Notes: a model not told the origin generated them from the sequence alone. A stretch of DNA of 64,000 nt from Octopus vulgaris (GCA_951406725.2 OX597814.1:123628001-123692000), one strand, 5' to 3'; shown: positions 13,587 to 27,619, numbered from the stretch's first letter. Numbers and translations are program-made.

Positions 13587-14963
13587 CTAAAACAAAGATA
13601 ATATAAAATTAAAAGACAGTCACAAGGGAACATTTTATTTACATCATACTTGGTCAACATTGTTATCTGGAGGTTTTCAGTAAGCTATTGCATTTCTAAC
13701 AGTGAGTGATAAGGAACAGTCTATACAATTTGGGCAGAACAAATACAATACAGGTTTATTAATTTTATCTGAAAGAATCAACATCTACATTTTTATCTTT
13801 CAGTGCCGTATATGTAACAAGGTTCTGTACAGCTTTCATCTACCAAATTCTACTCACAAACAATGACCCAAATGACATTCGTTGATGCTGCATCAAGGAA
13901 ACCAAAGAATGAAGGCCAAAGAAAAAGGAGAAAGGAAAAGCACACTCAATGCCAGAGCTGAAGACACCTCCAAAAATGGGGGGGGGGGGGGGCTGGCATG
14001 TCGAAAACGCTAAAGGAGTAGGGGCCAAAACTGGATGTAGTTCCTCTTGATGATGTCTTTAGCCACTGGATCCTATAAAGGAGCTGTTGAGGTAGCAAAT
14101 CACAAATCGTGGTTGGAATTCCTTAATGGATGTTTAACAGAGGGTTGTTTATCCCTTTTGATCAGTGAGAAAGGCTGAGTTATGTCAATCAACCTTAACA
14201 TTGGTCAAAAGAGATAAAAAACAACCGTTAATGTTGTATTGCCTGCAAAGAATGAGTCCATGAAGGTGATCAACACCATGCCCACAGATATTATGGACTA
14301 TACTGTAATCATCCCAGGAATATGGCCTATGATCTTAAGGGATGTGTGATTTGTGGAAACACGCATAATGATGCATTAAATGTTTATAGATTCCACCCAA
14401 GGATTATTGTTATTACTATATATATATATATACACATGATGGGCTTCTTTCAGTTTCCACCTACCAAATCCACTCACAAGGCGTTGGTTGGCCAGATGCT
14501 ATAGTAGAAGACACTTACTTAAGGTGCCATGCAGTGGGATTGAACCTGGAACCCTGTGGTAGGGAAGTAAGCTTCATATGTGCATGAACTTTAACAACAA
14601 AATCTGATATGGATTCCACCAAGGGTCATATGGACCCCGGTTGAGAACCACTGCCCTTAACAGAAAATGGGCATAATAACTGAAGGATTGCTAATTTAAC
14701 TTGCATCAAATTCAGATTGATCTTTGCTCTCTCCTTCTTTATATATATATATATATATGCATCTTACCTGAAAGGAACTGAAGTATTCACCAACTCTAAA
14801 GAAGACAACTTAACCTTTGGGATTCAGATTATGTAATGTTACCTCAAGAGATTATCAGATATAGTGAAACTAAATATTTGTAGTGACTTGATAGGTTTTA
14901 GTTATGTTGAACATGCATAGAAAAAATGAAGTAGGATACAGTTAAAAAAAAAGTTGAACTGAC

Positions 14964-15093
14964 CTCATCAGCAAGACGTAGTAAAGTGCGGAGAAATCTA
15001 GCAAGATGCATCTGTCTTGCGGATAATTCTCCTCGGCCACTGTAATCAGTACGGTAAAGTGCTGTAGCACTGTCAACTATCAACAAAGCATAC
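14964..15093 (-). CDS. RAD51: RAD51 coding exon 7 ([43 protein letters not shown])
   Basis: 130 nt; Walker B LLIVD and loop L1. Confidence 0.97.
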
Positions 15094-16016
15094 CTGAAAA
15101 TAACAAGAGCATCACACATAATAAATATTTCAGCTGATAAAACTGATTCTGGATATAATAAAATCCATTGTCTTATTTTGCGAGTTACTTGATGATGGTA
15201 CCATGAGAAGAAGGCACCCAGTACATTCAGTAAAGTGGTTGTCATAAGGAAGGGCATCCAACCATAGAAGCCATGTAAAAGCGGACAACAGAACTTGTTG
15301 CTGTCCACTGGCTTGCCACTTCTTTTGAAACGTCCAAGCCATGCCAGTATGGAAAATGGATGCTAAATGGTGAGGTTGACGTGTTCAGTGATTAAAGTTC
15401 TGTCTGGCTAAAATGTTTCTGTATAGTGAGGAATAGCATGTAAATTTAACAATCACCATCAACATTTTAATATCTATACCCCAGTTGAACCGTCCAACCC
15501 ATGCTAGCATGGAAAGCGGACGCTAAACGATGATACATCTAGAAGTCTGCTGTACAGCACATCAGCATTTGTTTCAATCAACTTTTTGTCCCATATGTGA
15601 AACCCCTGAAATCTACCAGTTCTTCCCATCTCCATGTTCTATAGTTATCATCCATGGCACTTTTATTACCCAGCACTCGTCCTTTATACATGAGTTGATG
15701 TCTTTATCCCCAACTGCTCTCTCACGCAAATTTACATTACACAGCCAGCAAAATGTGTCTCACTAGCAGATAGCATTATGCGTCATACACATGCTTCATT
15801 GTTTCACTTCCATATGGAGAAAGACCGATACTCCTTGTTGTCAAAAGACTCAACAACACTCTAAACCGCTTCCACTTTATTTTCTTGCTAACTACTTCCA
15901 TTCAGTATTAATGTAAAAGAATTTGTTGTTCTGTCTTGATATACAGACATTTAACTTGTACAGTATACAACAAACAGAATACTGCCTTATTGGGTATGGC
16001 TCATAGAATATGCTAA

Positions 16017-16325
16017 AGTGATATGCTTGTTCCTTCTCAAGCCACACCTGGCTCAAAGGACCGGTTTCTTGGTTTCCTTGGCATATAGGTTCCCCACCTG
16101 GACGAGACGCCGGTCTGTTGCAGGTGAGCTGCAAGATGCAGGAAGAAAGAGTGAAAGAAAGTTGTGGCAAAAGACTCAACAGAAGTTCGCCATTACCTTC
16201 TGCCAAAGCTGCGTAGAGCTTAGGTGTTTCGCTCATAAACACACACATCGCCCAGTCTGAGATTCGAACCTGCAATCCCTCGATTGCAAGTCCACTGCTC
16301 TAACCACTAGGCCATGTGCCTCCAC
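16017..16325 (-). mobile_element. tRNA-derived SINE (third family)
   Basis: Head tggcctagtggttagagcagtggacttgcaatcgagggattgcaggttcgaatc with A and B boxes, followed by a non-tRNA body; related heads at ~17335 and ~55610. Confidence 0.7.
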
Positions 16326-16683
16326 AAAGTAATGATATAGCCAATCCTAAAAAACACCAGATTGTAGTGGTTCAATTCTGACATACACTAACTAATCTCT
16401 ACAGTATACAACATACAGAACAGTGCTTCACTACATGTGTTCTAGACACCTGTAAAGTAGTTGATGGAGCCAAACCCAGGTATAACAATAACACAACACC
16501 TGAAGACTACATTTTAGTGCTTGTGTATGTTAACAACAAACTAAAGTCAATGCGATAGTCACTAATTAATGAACTAGGATAATGACAAGAGAAATAATGC
16601 AACTAACCCCAAGATTCTGAGAAGCAGTGACCTGAATAACAACAACAACAACAAAAATATAGAAGAAAAACTGTAGAACTGAC

Positions 16684-16797
16684 CTTGATTCTGTCATCAT
16701 GGCTGCAGCTTGAACTAACAACTGTGTCTGGTGGTCACTATTATATGCCCGAGCATAAGCAACATTGTCTAAAACATCACTACCAGATAGTCCGTAT
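16684..16797 (-). CDS. RAD51: RAD51 coding exon 6 ([27 protein letters not shown]..)
   Basis: 114 nt; sequence is RAD51-like rather than DMC1-like. Confidence 0.96.
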
Positions 16798-16975
16798 CTG
16801 CATGAACAACAAAATCAGACATGTTTGTTTGGATCTCAGTGAAATATACAATAGTTGGTGGCATAAAAGATGCAAGAAGTACATTAGACACATCCCATTT
16901 CGGCTTATTTAGGAAAAATGGTTTTAGTGCATTGAAACTTATAGAAAGGCTGACTTCACAGAGAGGACTTGGGAC

Positions 16976-17149
16976 ATTTGTTTTGGTAAAAATGTGTTTC
17001 TTACATGCCATCAAATATAGTAAATTCTTTTAGCAAATTAAATGAAAATTTATACATTTTAAATTTGTTTTGGTAAAAATATGTTTCTTACATGCCATCA
17101 AATATAGAAAATTCTTTTAGCAAATTAAATGAAAATTTATACATTTTAA
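16976..17149. repeat. 87-bp tandem duplication
   Basis: atttgttttggtaaaaat..tatacattttaa occurs twice, nearly identical. Confidence 0.9.
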
Positions 17150-18399
17150 ATTCAAATTACGATGAACGTAATCAAACAAAGTTTGCTTCAGAAGCGTTGA
17201 GATGTCTTAGAAAGTTAAAGAAGTGATTTTAAATTCTCAAATGTAGGATAACGCTAATAATGTAGCCTGAACATTATCCTGCGTTTGAGAATTTAAAATC
17301 ACTTCTTTTACTTATACATTTTACAATATAAACAGTGAGGGTATGTGACCTAGTGGCTTAGGTGCTTCACCCACAATCACTAGATCATGGGTTCAATTCC
17401 CAGACCAAGCAGTGCATGGTGTTCTTGAGCAAACCCCTTCATTTCATGTTGCTCCAGTCCATCCTACTGTAAATGGGTAACCCTGTGATGGATTAGCCTT
17501 CTGATCAGGGGAACTGTTGAACCTCACTGTCTAGTCAGTGAAGTGGCATCATTTGAAAGCTGAAAACAATGCAAAGTGCATTGTGACCAGTGATGTATAA
17601 CAATGTCTGACAGTCTGGTAAGTCATGTAATCACGCAACAATATAAATAGCTTCTAAATATTGATATTTAGCTTCAGTTTTATGGTGTTAAGCCAGATGA
17701 GAGATAAATATTCATACCATCTGATACTTTTATGGAGGAAGCAGTACCCACAACCATTTTCCAGGCTCCCAGATTAGTGGGAGTTTATCCTCAAACCTAG
17801 CTTGATGAATTGTAAAAGGTACCCAAGGAACAGGTGGTGGTGTTAAACCAAGTAACTATTAAAATGTACAAGAACAGGAACCTCTCCGACAGGCCTCACA
17901 TAATTTCTGTTTCTATGGGTGGCAACAGGAAGCTCATGTGGCCATAGAAAATCTGTCGAAACAAATTCCATCTGACCATGCAAGCATGGAAAATCAGACC
18001 TTAAAATGATGATGATGAACAACCAAATTTCACTTACAAGGTTTTGGTCAGCCTGAGGCTGTAGAGAAAGTCACAACCTTAAAGTGCCACACAATACACT
18101 TAAACCCCAAAATACATGACTGTAAATGAAAGGAACTTTTTAACTATGTAGCTATGTCTGCCCCCATAATGACCAAACAGAAACCCAGTGAAACATAAAC
18201 TGGATTTAAATTCATAACCTGTAAGTAGGTAGTTCAATAACTTATCCACTCATCTTGTACTACATTTCACAATATATTCCAAGAAAAATATTTTTAATAT
18301 TTTCATATAATTTTGAAGAGTAAAAACAAGTCTCAAAATATTTGCTACATCATTAAAAAGACACCATTAACCAGCAGCAATGAAGGAATAAATAGTTAC

Positions 18400-18494
18400 C
18401 TGTCTGCTACAGCCAGGAGTCGTTCAGGACGGAATGTTCCTTCTGTATCAACATAGAGAGCTTTTCCTTCACCACCACCCATGTCCACAGGTAG
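18400..18494 (-). CDS. RAD51: RAD51 coding exon 5 ([31 protein letters not shown])
   Basis: 95 nt; [10 protein letters not shown] motif. Confidence 0.96.
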
Positions 18495-20211
18495 CTGTCA
18501 ATAGAAGAAATAGTCAATTAATGTTTTCACCTACACAGAGTTCATGGCTCGCAGGACGGTCTGCAGTGCTCACCTTAGATCATAGTGACCTGCTGTGCTT
18601 GAGACCTATTGAGTCAAGTACATCAACATCAAAATAAAAATCAAATGGAAATTGTAGTTAAGATACCGGTGCCGGTGGCACGTAAAAAGCATCATCTGAA
18701 CGTGGCTGATGGCAGTGCCGCAGTCCGTGTTGGTGACATGTAAAAAGCACCAACCAATCATGGCTGTTTGCTAGCCTCCTCTGGCCCGTGCCAGTGACAC
18801 ATAAAAAGCACCCACTACACTCACGGAGTGGTTGGCATTAGGAAGGGCATCCAGCTGTAGAAAGACTGCCAGATCAGACTGGAGCCTGGTGCAGCCTTCT
18901 GGCTTCCCAGACCCCAGTCGAACCGTCCAACCCATGCTAGCATGGAAAACGGACATTAAACGATGATGATGATGACAGTTGGTGGACATAAAAGTAATGG
19001 CCACAATACAAGCACTTTTTCTTTTATTGCTGGCTCAATTAATGTGAAAAAGCAAAAACATTGATGACATATCATTATTTAATGTCTGCTTTTCTATGCT
19101 GTCATGAGTTGGGTGGATTTACTATGCATTACATTAAAAATGTGAAGGGTACCAGTGCCTTAAGTATACAAAAACCAGGGTGTATTTATCCAGATGAAGA
19201 GGCTACAGATCTACAATTTGGATACGAGTTAACACTGACAAAGACTAATTAAAAATGTGCACAACAATTCTGCTAAGTTTGCTTGTTAAGGAAGGTAATT
19301 AGAAGACATTTTGCAGGTAAAAATGTTTAAAAACTTGTGAATAAGGGCGGATAACTCAGGAGAGTCAACAGCCATCCAACACTGATGAAGTGCTCTGAAA
19401 CAAGATCTCAATTGCACAAAGAGGCGTCACACTGTCAACATTTCCCGGAAGAGATAATGGGGATAGGCTGTGCTTGAGAGGACACATCCATTTTAACAAC
19501 ACTGAGGTCTGTCAAGCCTTCCCTCACAACTGATCTTCTAACACTCATCCCTTCATCAGTCTCCTAACTGTGATACTACTTACTTTGGTGCCTCTATACT
19601 TCACATTGTATCCCTTCTTACTGTCCCTCATTACCTCCTCTTTCTTGATCCACTGTTTCCTTTCTTTCATTTCCACAAACTGACGTCCACTGAGTTTGAC
19701 TCCAATCCCCAATTTTCACAGACTGATAGAATAAGTACCTAGCTTAAAGAAAGAAAATAAGTACAGAGGTCGATTCATTTGACTAAAAATTCTTCAAGGT
19801 AATGCCCCAGCATGGCTGCCATCCAATGACTGAAACAAGTAAAAGATAAAAGATCTCAAAGCAGTGATGTCTACATTCCCCAATAAACAAAGGTCCTCTT
19901 GTTTTTATAACTTTGTTATTTTTCATGTGTGAAGATCAGCAAAAGCACTACTTTCAAATTAGTAAGGGTTGGTGACAGAAAGAGCATCCAGCAGAAAAAT
20001 TACTTCAATAACTGGCTATAAAAACGATGATATCTGCCTACCCACTTCACTCACCATGATATACAATAGAATCCAGAATTTGTTTGGTTGTATCTAAAAC
20101 AGAAATATACATGTCCAATACTACTTTACCCACATCATTTGAGGAAGATGTGAACAATCCCCCATCACTTTTCCCCATGACAAAAATTTCCAAAAGCATT
20201 AGTTAATATCA

Positions 20212-20313
<102 letters not shown>

Positions 20314-21457
20314 TTAAGAACCAGAAAAAAGTAAAAAAACAAAAACCCATGAAGTGTCAGAAATATATAGTCACAACTAGAAATCGATAGAGTACATTTT
20401 ACTTTCTAATGAACTAATGAAATACTTCATGAATTAGTTTCAGTGAATTATAAAAAAATAAAAATTAAGACTGAAGGTATTTAGTAAAATAACTAACCAT
20501 CATTATTAAGTAAGTATTTGGAATATAATTCAATGAAAGGTTAAACACTGGTGTTGTGCTGCATAAAAAGCACCCACTATACTATGTGATGTGGTTGGCA
20601 TTAGGAGGGGCATCCAGCTGTACGAAATGGCCAAAACAAACTATGGAACATGGTGCAGCTCCTGGCCTTGCCAGCTCTGGTCAAACCATCCAATCCATGC
20701 CAGCATGGAAAATGGATGTTTGGTAATGATGATGATATGGGCTTAAAATTATAACGAAAGGTTTAAATTTAAACATGAATGTGTGTTTTGTGTAATTGAA
20801 CAAGAGATAGTTTCAGACAGATTAGTATTGAAAAGAAAAAAGTATATTAGCTACTGTATTTGATAGCATTATAAAATGTACATTTTCAAAAAAAAAAAGG
20901 AAAAAGGGGAAAAAAACAATCCGCCCCTAGTCCTATATGTGATGTTGAGCTGGCTGCAGAAATTAGGTAATGTCCATGCATCTTTCTCCTTGTTGTTGTC
21001 ATCATCATGGTTTAACGTCTGTTTCCCATACTGGCAAGCCAGAGAGCTGCACCAGGTTCCACTCTGTTTGGGTTTAGTTTCTGCAGCTTCCTAATGCAAA
21101 CCACTCTAGAGAGCGTACTGGGAGTCATTTACGTGGCACCGGCATGGAAAACAAATTTGTGTAATTGCTACTGAGATCACCCAACACATTTATATAACTA
21201 ATTGAATAATAATATTGAGTAAATCTTCATTCATTAGTTAAACAGTTAAAATCTAATTTACAAAACAAAAAAAAAAGAGAAAGAAAACATATAGAAATAT
21301 AGTTTTAACAAGGGCAACACTCACTTTAAATAGTATCTATGCAAGATAGTAAATATGAAGTTATAGGCACATGGCTGGGTGGTTAAGAAGTTTGCTTCCC
21401 AACTATATAGTTTTGGGTTCATTCCCACTGCGTGGCACTTCAGGCAGGTGATTTCTA

Positions 21458-21841
<384 letters not shown>

Positions 21842-23104
21842 CTAAAAAAAGAAATCAAAATAAGTTTTAGAATTTAAATGTGTAACAAGAGGATGTAATT
21901 AATGAGTTAATGCAACAAGAGAAAATTAATAGTATAGGAAGGATATTTGGATGTGTGCATGTCAGAAGGCTCGAAACATTTAAATATATGTTTTTTATGA
22001 AGGTCATGATAAATACCAGAAGGGAATATTTTTTGGTTAACAAATATAAGAATTTATTCCTTGATCAAATGAGAATGAACAGGTACCACAGAGACAAGTT
22101 TTCACGGCAAGAGGACGTAGCAAGACAAAAATCCATTCCTTAATACACATCCAGACTGTTAGCTCTGGACTTGGCAGCAAATCTAAAATATCTCATGGGT
22201 TTGAAGTGGTAATGAAGGCGAGGTAGAAATCCCTTAGTTGTGTGAATTCTGTTTTCTGATCAATGTTAATTCAGCAATGATTTGTCATCTGGACGAGGAA
22301 CTCATGTGTTTTCATCTCAGAGTCTTCTCAGGAACTGCTTTCTTTTTTTAAAACTAATGCTTCACTGCTGGGTCACGTGTATCCTTCTGCAGCCAGCAGT
22401 GATTGGATGTTTTGGGCATAGACTGTGCTTTGCTACCACAACAAAATAGTGCTAACATGTCACACTACAAATGTTAAGTTTGAACAAGTTGTATTTAACA
22501 ATTACGAATGATTATTCTATTGACTTCAATATATTTGAATTAATAAGAGCTATTATAAATCATTTCCTTAATAACAGTTCTGATTGCATATGCCTACAAA
22601 CAAAAAAAAACAGTCTTACTTGGACAGGGTGGAGGTGGGTGTTATTGACAAATAGTGTATGAATTTTAAAAACTTATATCAAAATCTCTTTAAATCTAGT
22701 CAGATGAAAACTAGATTTAGAAAGAGAGAAATCAAGTCTCAAGAGAATAAGTTAAAATCAAGTCTTCAGAGAAGCAATAATCTATATAACACATAAAATA
22801 CTGGTTTCAAATTTAAGCACAAGGCCAGCAATTTCAGGGGAGGGATTAAATTGGTTGCACTGACCCAAGTGTTGAACTGGTACTCTTTACTCTTTTACAT
22901 GTTTCGGTCATTTGACTGTGGCCATGCTGGAGCACCGCCTTTAGTCGAGCAAATCAACCCCGGGACTTATTCTTTGCAAGCCCAGTACTTATTCTATCGG
23001 TCTCTTTTGCCGAACCGCTAAGTGACGGGGACGTAAACACACCAGCATCGGTTGTCAAGCAATGCTAGGGGGACAAACACAGACACACAAACACACACAC
23101 ACAT

Positions 23105-23875
23105 ACATCATCATCATCGTTTAACGTCCGTTCTCCATGCTAGCATGGGTTGGACGGTTCGACCGGGGATCTGGGAAGCCAGAAGGCTGCACCAGGCTCC
23201 AGTCTTATCTGGCAATGTTTCTACAGCTGGATGCCCTTCCTAATGCCAACCACTCCGTGAGTGTAGTGGGTGCTTTTTACGTGCCACCTGCACAGGTGCC
23301 AGGCGAGGCTGGTGCCTCAACAGGTCTTTGTGTCCAAGGGAGGAAAGGCATGCATAAGTGGGCTGGGCTCACTTGTCCTGTCTGGTCTTCTCACGTACAG
23401 CATATTTCCAAAGGTCTCGGTCGCTGGTCATTTCCTCAGTGAGGCCTAAAGTTCGAAGGTCGTGCTTCACCACCTCGTTTTCCTGGGTCTACCTCTTCCA
23501 CGGGTTCCCTCAACTGCTAGGGATTGGGACTTTTTCACACACCTATCTTCATCCATTCTCGCCACATGACCATACCAGCGCAATCGTCTTTCTTGCACAC
23601 CACAACTGATGCTTCATAGGTACAACATTTCTCTCAAGGTACTAACGCTCTGTCGAGTATGTACACTGACATTACACATCCATCGGAGCATACTGGCTTC
23701 ATTCTTCGCAAGCTTACGCATGTCCTCAGCAGTCACAGCCCATGTAGCATGGCTGTTCGTACACATGCATCATACAGTCTGCCTTTTACTCTGAGCGAGA
23801 GGCCTTTAGTCACCAGCAGAGGTAAGAGCTCCCTAAACTTTGCCCAGGCTATTCTTATTCTAGCAGTTACACTTT
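23105..23875 (-). mobile_element. RTE-clade LINE 3' fragment with 3' UTR and (GAT)n tail, nested in a SINE
   Basis: ARIRIAWAKFRELLPLL..KGRLYDACVRTAMLHG, RRLRWYGHV, RGRGRPRK motifs; splits a tRNA-SINE (22885-23104 / 23876-24055). Confidence 0.88.
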
Positions 23876-25024
23876 CATATATATATATACGACAGGCTTC
23901 TTTCAGTTTCCGTCTACCAAATCCACTCACAAGGCATTGGTTGGCCCAGGGCTATAGCAGAAGACACTTGCCCAAGATGCTATGCAGTGGGACTGAACCT
24001 AGAACCATGTGGTTGGTTAGCAAGCTACTTACTACACAGCCACTCCTGCGCCTATTTTATTGATCGTGAAAGTATGAAAAGCAAAGTCGACCTCAGTGGA
24101 ATTTCATCTCAGAACACAGAAATGGACAAAATGCTGCTAAGCATTTTACCCAGTGTGTGATTCTGCTCTCTTGCCACCTTCATAATACATAAACTATAAA
24201 TTAAATTGAGGAGGTAGGGAGAATACCCATCACTCAATTTCAATGTTTTATCCATCCATTTTGCTGTGCACTGTTCTTGGGAGGGGCACAGAGTCTTCAG
24301 ACACCTTCATCATAGGGTCCTATGACAAAAAAATCCGTCATCAAACTTTCCTACTGGATTCCTAAGTATGACCAACTGAGACTATCGATATCATCCGACC
24401 ATTTCACTCATGGTCTACTCCTAGGTCTCCTGTTGGTTGGCTGAGGTGAATTCATCTTGTGATCCTTTCCTGTGGTATTCTATTCACATGTCTGCAGGAT
24501 TGGAGCTGCAACTACTCAATGTGGAGAAATAGGTATTCAAACTGGAGAGACTCCCTATCTCTGAGCTATGACCCTGCTGTGTAATGTTACTCTGGAGATC
24601 CTCTGGAGGAACTCTATTTCTGCTGCTTTTATCCAATTTACCCATTGGCATTAGGAAGGGCATCCAGCTGCAGAAACTCAGCCAGATCAGATTGGAGTCT
24701 GGTGCAGCCATCTGGTTCGCCAGTCCTCACTCAAATCGTCCAACCCATGCCAGCATGGAAAGCGGACGTTAAACGAAGATGATGATGATGACAATGACCC
24801 TTTCAGTCATAATCCAATACTCACAGCTATAGGAGAAGATAAGCACAAAAAAACAAACTGAAGACAAGTTTGGCTTTTATATCAATCTTTCCTATTCTGT
24901 TTGTAATTTACATTTTATAAATAAGTTGGTTTTTTTTAATACATTAAAAGAAAGACATTTTGAAGGAAATAATAAAATGGTGAATTTAAATGTCAATTCA
25001 TTGACATAATCTTGCTATACTTAC

Positions 25025-25162
25025 CAATATTTTGTCTGCTTTTGCTTCACTAATTCCTTTGATGTTCAGAAGACTTTTCTTAGGAGCAAATGCTACTGAC
25101 TCAACTGTATAAAAGCCAGCTTCTTCCAGTTTCTTACAGTCATTGGCACTGATACCTTGGCC
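25025..25162 (-). CDS. RAD51: RAD51 coding exon 2 ([29 protein letters not shown]..)
   Basis: 138 nt, cag/gtaagt; N-terminal HhH domain. Confidence 0.96.
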
Positions 25163-26490
25163 CTGACATACAAACAACAAAGTAGGCATTGTTAGAGAAA
25201 TATTGGGAAAAACACAAGAGTTGGAAGAATAAAATTCTTAAAAGTACTCATGTTGTTGCTCATGTTTATTCTGGGTTAGCTTTGATCAAGATGACCTAGG
25301 ATCAAAAGCAATATAAAACTGATCTCCTTATCTTTTTTTTTTTTTGGAGGGGGGGGGGGGGGCACAGGTGTGGCTTAGTGGTTTAGAAGCTTGCTTCTTG
25401 AACATGTAGTCTTGAGTTCAGTTCCACTGGGCAGTGGATTTGATAGACATAAACTGAAACAAGCCAATATAAATATATATTATTCTTTTACTTGTTTCAG
25501 TCATTTGACTGTGGCCATGCTAGAGCACTGCCTTTAGTCAAGCAAATCGACCACAGGACTTATTCTTTGTAAGCCTAGTACTTATTCTATCGGTCACTTT
25601 TGCCGAACCGCTAAGTTACAGGGACGTAAACACACCAGCATCGGTTGTCAAGCAATATTGGGGGGACAAACACAGACACACAAACATATACATACACGTA
25701 CATATATACAATAGGCTTCTTTCAGTTTCTGTCTACCAAATCCACTCACAAGGCTTTGGTCGGCCCGAGACTATAGTAGAAGCCACGCAATGGAACTGAA
25801 TCCGGAACCATGTGGTTGGTAAGCAAGCTACATACCACACAGCCACTCCTACACCTATATATATAAAAACTAAAACTGGCACTCCGTCAGTTAAGACAAT
25901 GAGGGTTCCAGTTGATCCGAACAATGGAACAGCTTACTTGTGAAATTAATACGAAAGTGGCTGAACACTCCACAAACACGCGTACCCTTAACAGTTCTCA
26001 AGTTAAACAATTCAGTCAATCATCAACCTTTATATTGAAGAGGTGAACACTGGGGCAGGAAGCCAGGCATGGCAGTTTGTTTAAGAAGTCTGCTGCCCAG
26101 CCGTGTAGTTTCAGGTTCAGTCCCACTGCATGGCCTCCAGGGCAAGTATCTTCTGTGATTGTCCTTGGTTGATCAAAGCCTTGTGAGTACATATGGTAGA
26201 TGGAAACTGATAGAAGACTGCCATATATAATATATATATTTTTTTTATAGGAAGTTACTTATATGGCTGGTGATAGAGTGACCACTGGTTTTGCATCTAT
26301 AAAGCATTTAGCCTTATAGATGCAAAACCATTGGTCATTGTATGACTGGTCATATAATTAACTTCCTATAAATACATTACTGCTCTAACATTTAGAATGT
26401 GCTTCTTCTTTGCGTGTGTGTGTGTATATATATATATAGGTTTGGTTAAGGAGGTCTCGCCCTGGTATGTGATGTGTGTTTCCTTATTTT

Positions 26491-26572
26491 TTCCCCTGAA
26501 GAAGGAGTAATTATCGTGATGCACCCTCGTGCATTAAATACGGTGATGAACCCCTGAAATGGCCATAGGGAA
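26491..26572 (+). ncRNA. Type I hammerhead ribozyme motif (Penelope/retrozyme-type), core intact
   Basis: ttccc-CTGAAGA-aggag..cccct-GAAA-tggcca-TA-gggaa: stem I ttccc/gggaa, long stem II, palindromic stem III. Confidence 0.7.
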
Positions 26573-27532
26573 TGTAAATATGGGTTCTTCTTTTTTGCTT
26601 GGACACTGGCTTTTAACAATAGGTTTCCCTTATCTTGAAAAGTAATTTTTAATCGAAAAAATTTCTAAACGATGAACTTTTATCTTACCTTATATATTAT
26701 TTATTTATATGTTTCCTATATATATGTATTTTTATATCTTTTTATATATCTATATATTTATATATTTCTTTATATTTTTATGTATTAATTATTCTAGATG
26801 TTGTAATGTTAAAATATATATTTTTTTAGTCGCTAAAGTATTAATCATTAACTTTTAACTGCGATGGACTGTATTCACACATTTTTCTTATATGCTTGTA
26901 TTGATGAGTTGTGTTTCATCTTCCGTGATTTTATGCATGTATATTCTATGTGAAAGAAAAAGCATTATGTGATTAAATGTTCGAGAAATGAAATGTTATG
27001 TGGATGACCTTATATTTGTTTGTTCTGCAACCATAGTTTAATATATTTGTCTCATTTAATTGAGCACTTCTATAGTAGTCCTATTAAACATTTTGTTCCT
27101 GATAAGAAACAATCACCTTATTATTGATATATATATATATAAAGTCAAGTAAAGATTATTTGCCAATATACTATGGCAGTCCTGGTTGGGATGAATGCTG
27201 CTGTTGTTTAACCCCAAACAACATTAGCATTCATCCCCACCGGGATATTATACTGACAAATAATCTTTAAAGTACTGTTACTGAATGTCTCTTATTGAGA
27301 GATTTAGAAATAATAATGTTTCTATATATGTGTATTTTCACATATAAATTCTTTACTCGAAAAACAAGTGAGGTTTAGCAGTTAGCAATAGGAAGGAGTC
27401 CAGGCTATAATACAATACCACAATATTATATTCGTTTAACATATTCTAGCATGGAAAAACAGGTGTAAGAGCAAACAAACCAAAAGATTGTTGAAGGAGC
27501 AATAGACAAAATGTAGATGAGAAAAGAACTAC

Positions 27533-27619
27533 CTCCAATTTTGACAATGGAAGAGGACCAAATGCTTCTTCAATGGCATCTTCTGATATTTCACCAACAC
27601 TCTCAGCTTGAGCAGACAT
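27533..27619 (-). CDS. RAD51: RAD51 coding exon 1 (MSAQAESVGEISEDAIEEAFGPLPLSKLE)
   Basis: ATG at 27619; 87 nt; FGPxPxxxLE motif; GT donor; an acceptor 6 nt upstream of the ATG implies a non-coding first exon. Confidence 0.9.

Noticed and set aside
16240-16325. tRNA gene
   Set aside because: A and B boxes are present, but the acceptor stem is poor and the sequence runs into a repeat body; it is a SINE head
19375-19415. Hammerhead-like ctgatga-agtgctct-gaaac
   Set aside because: No convincing stem I or stem III pairing around the core
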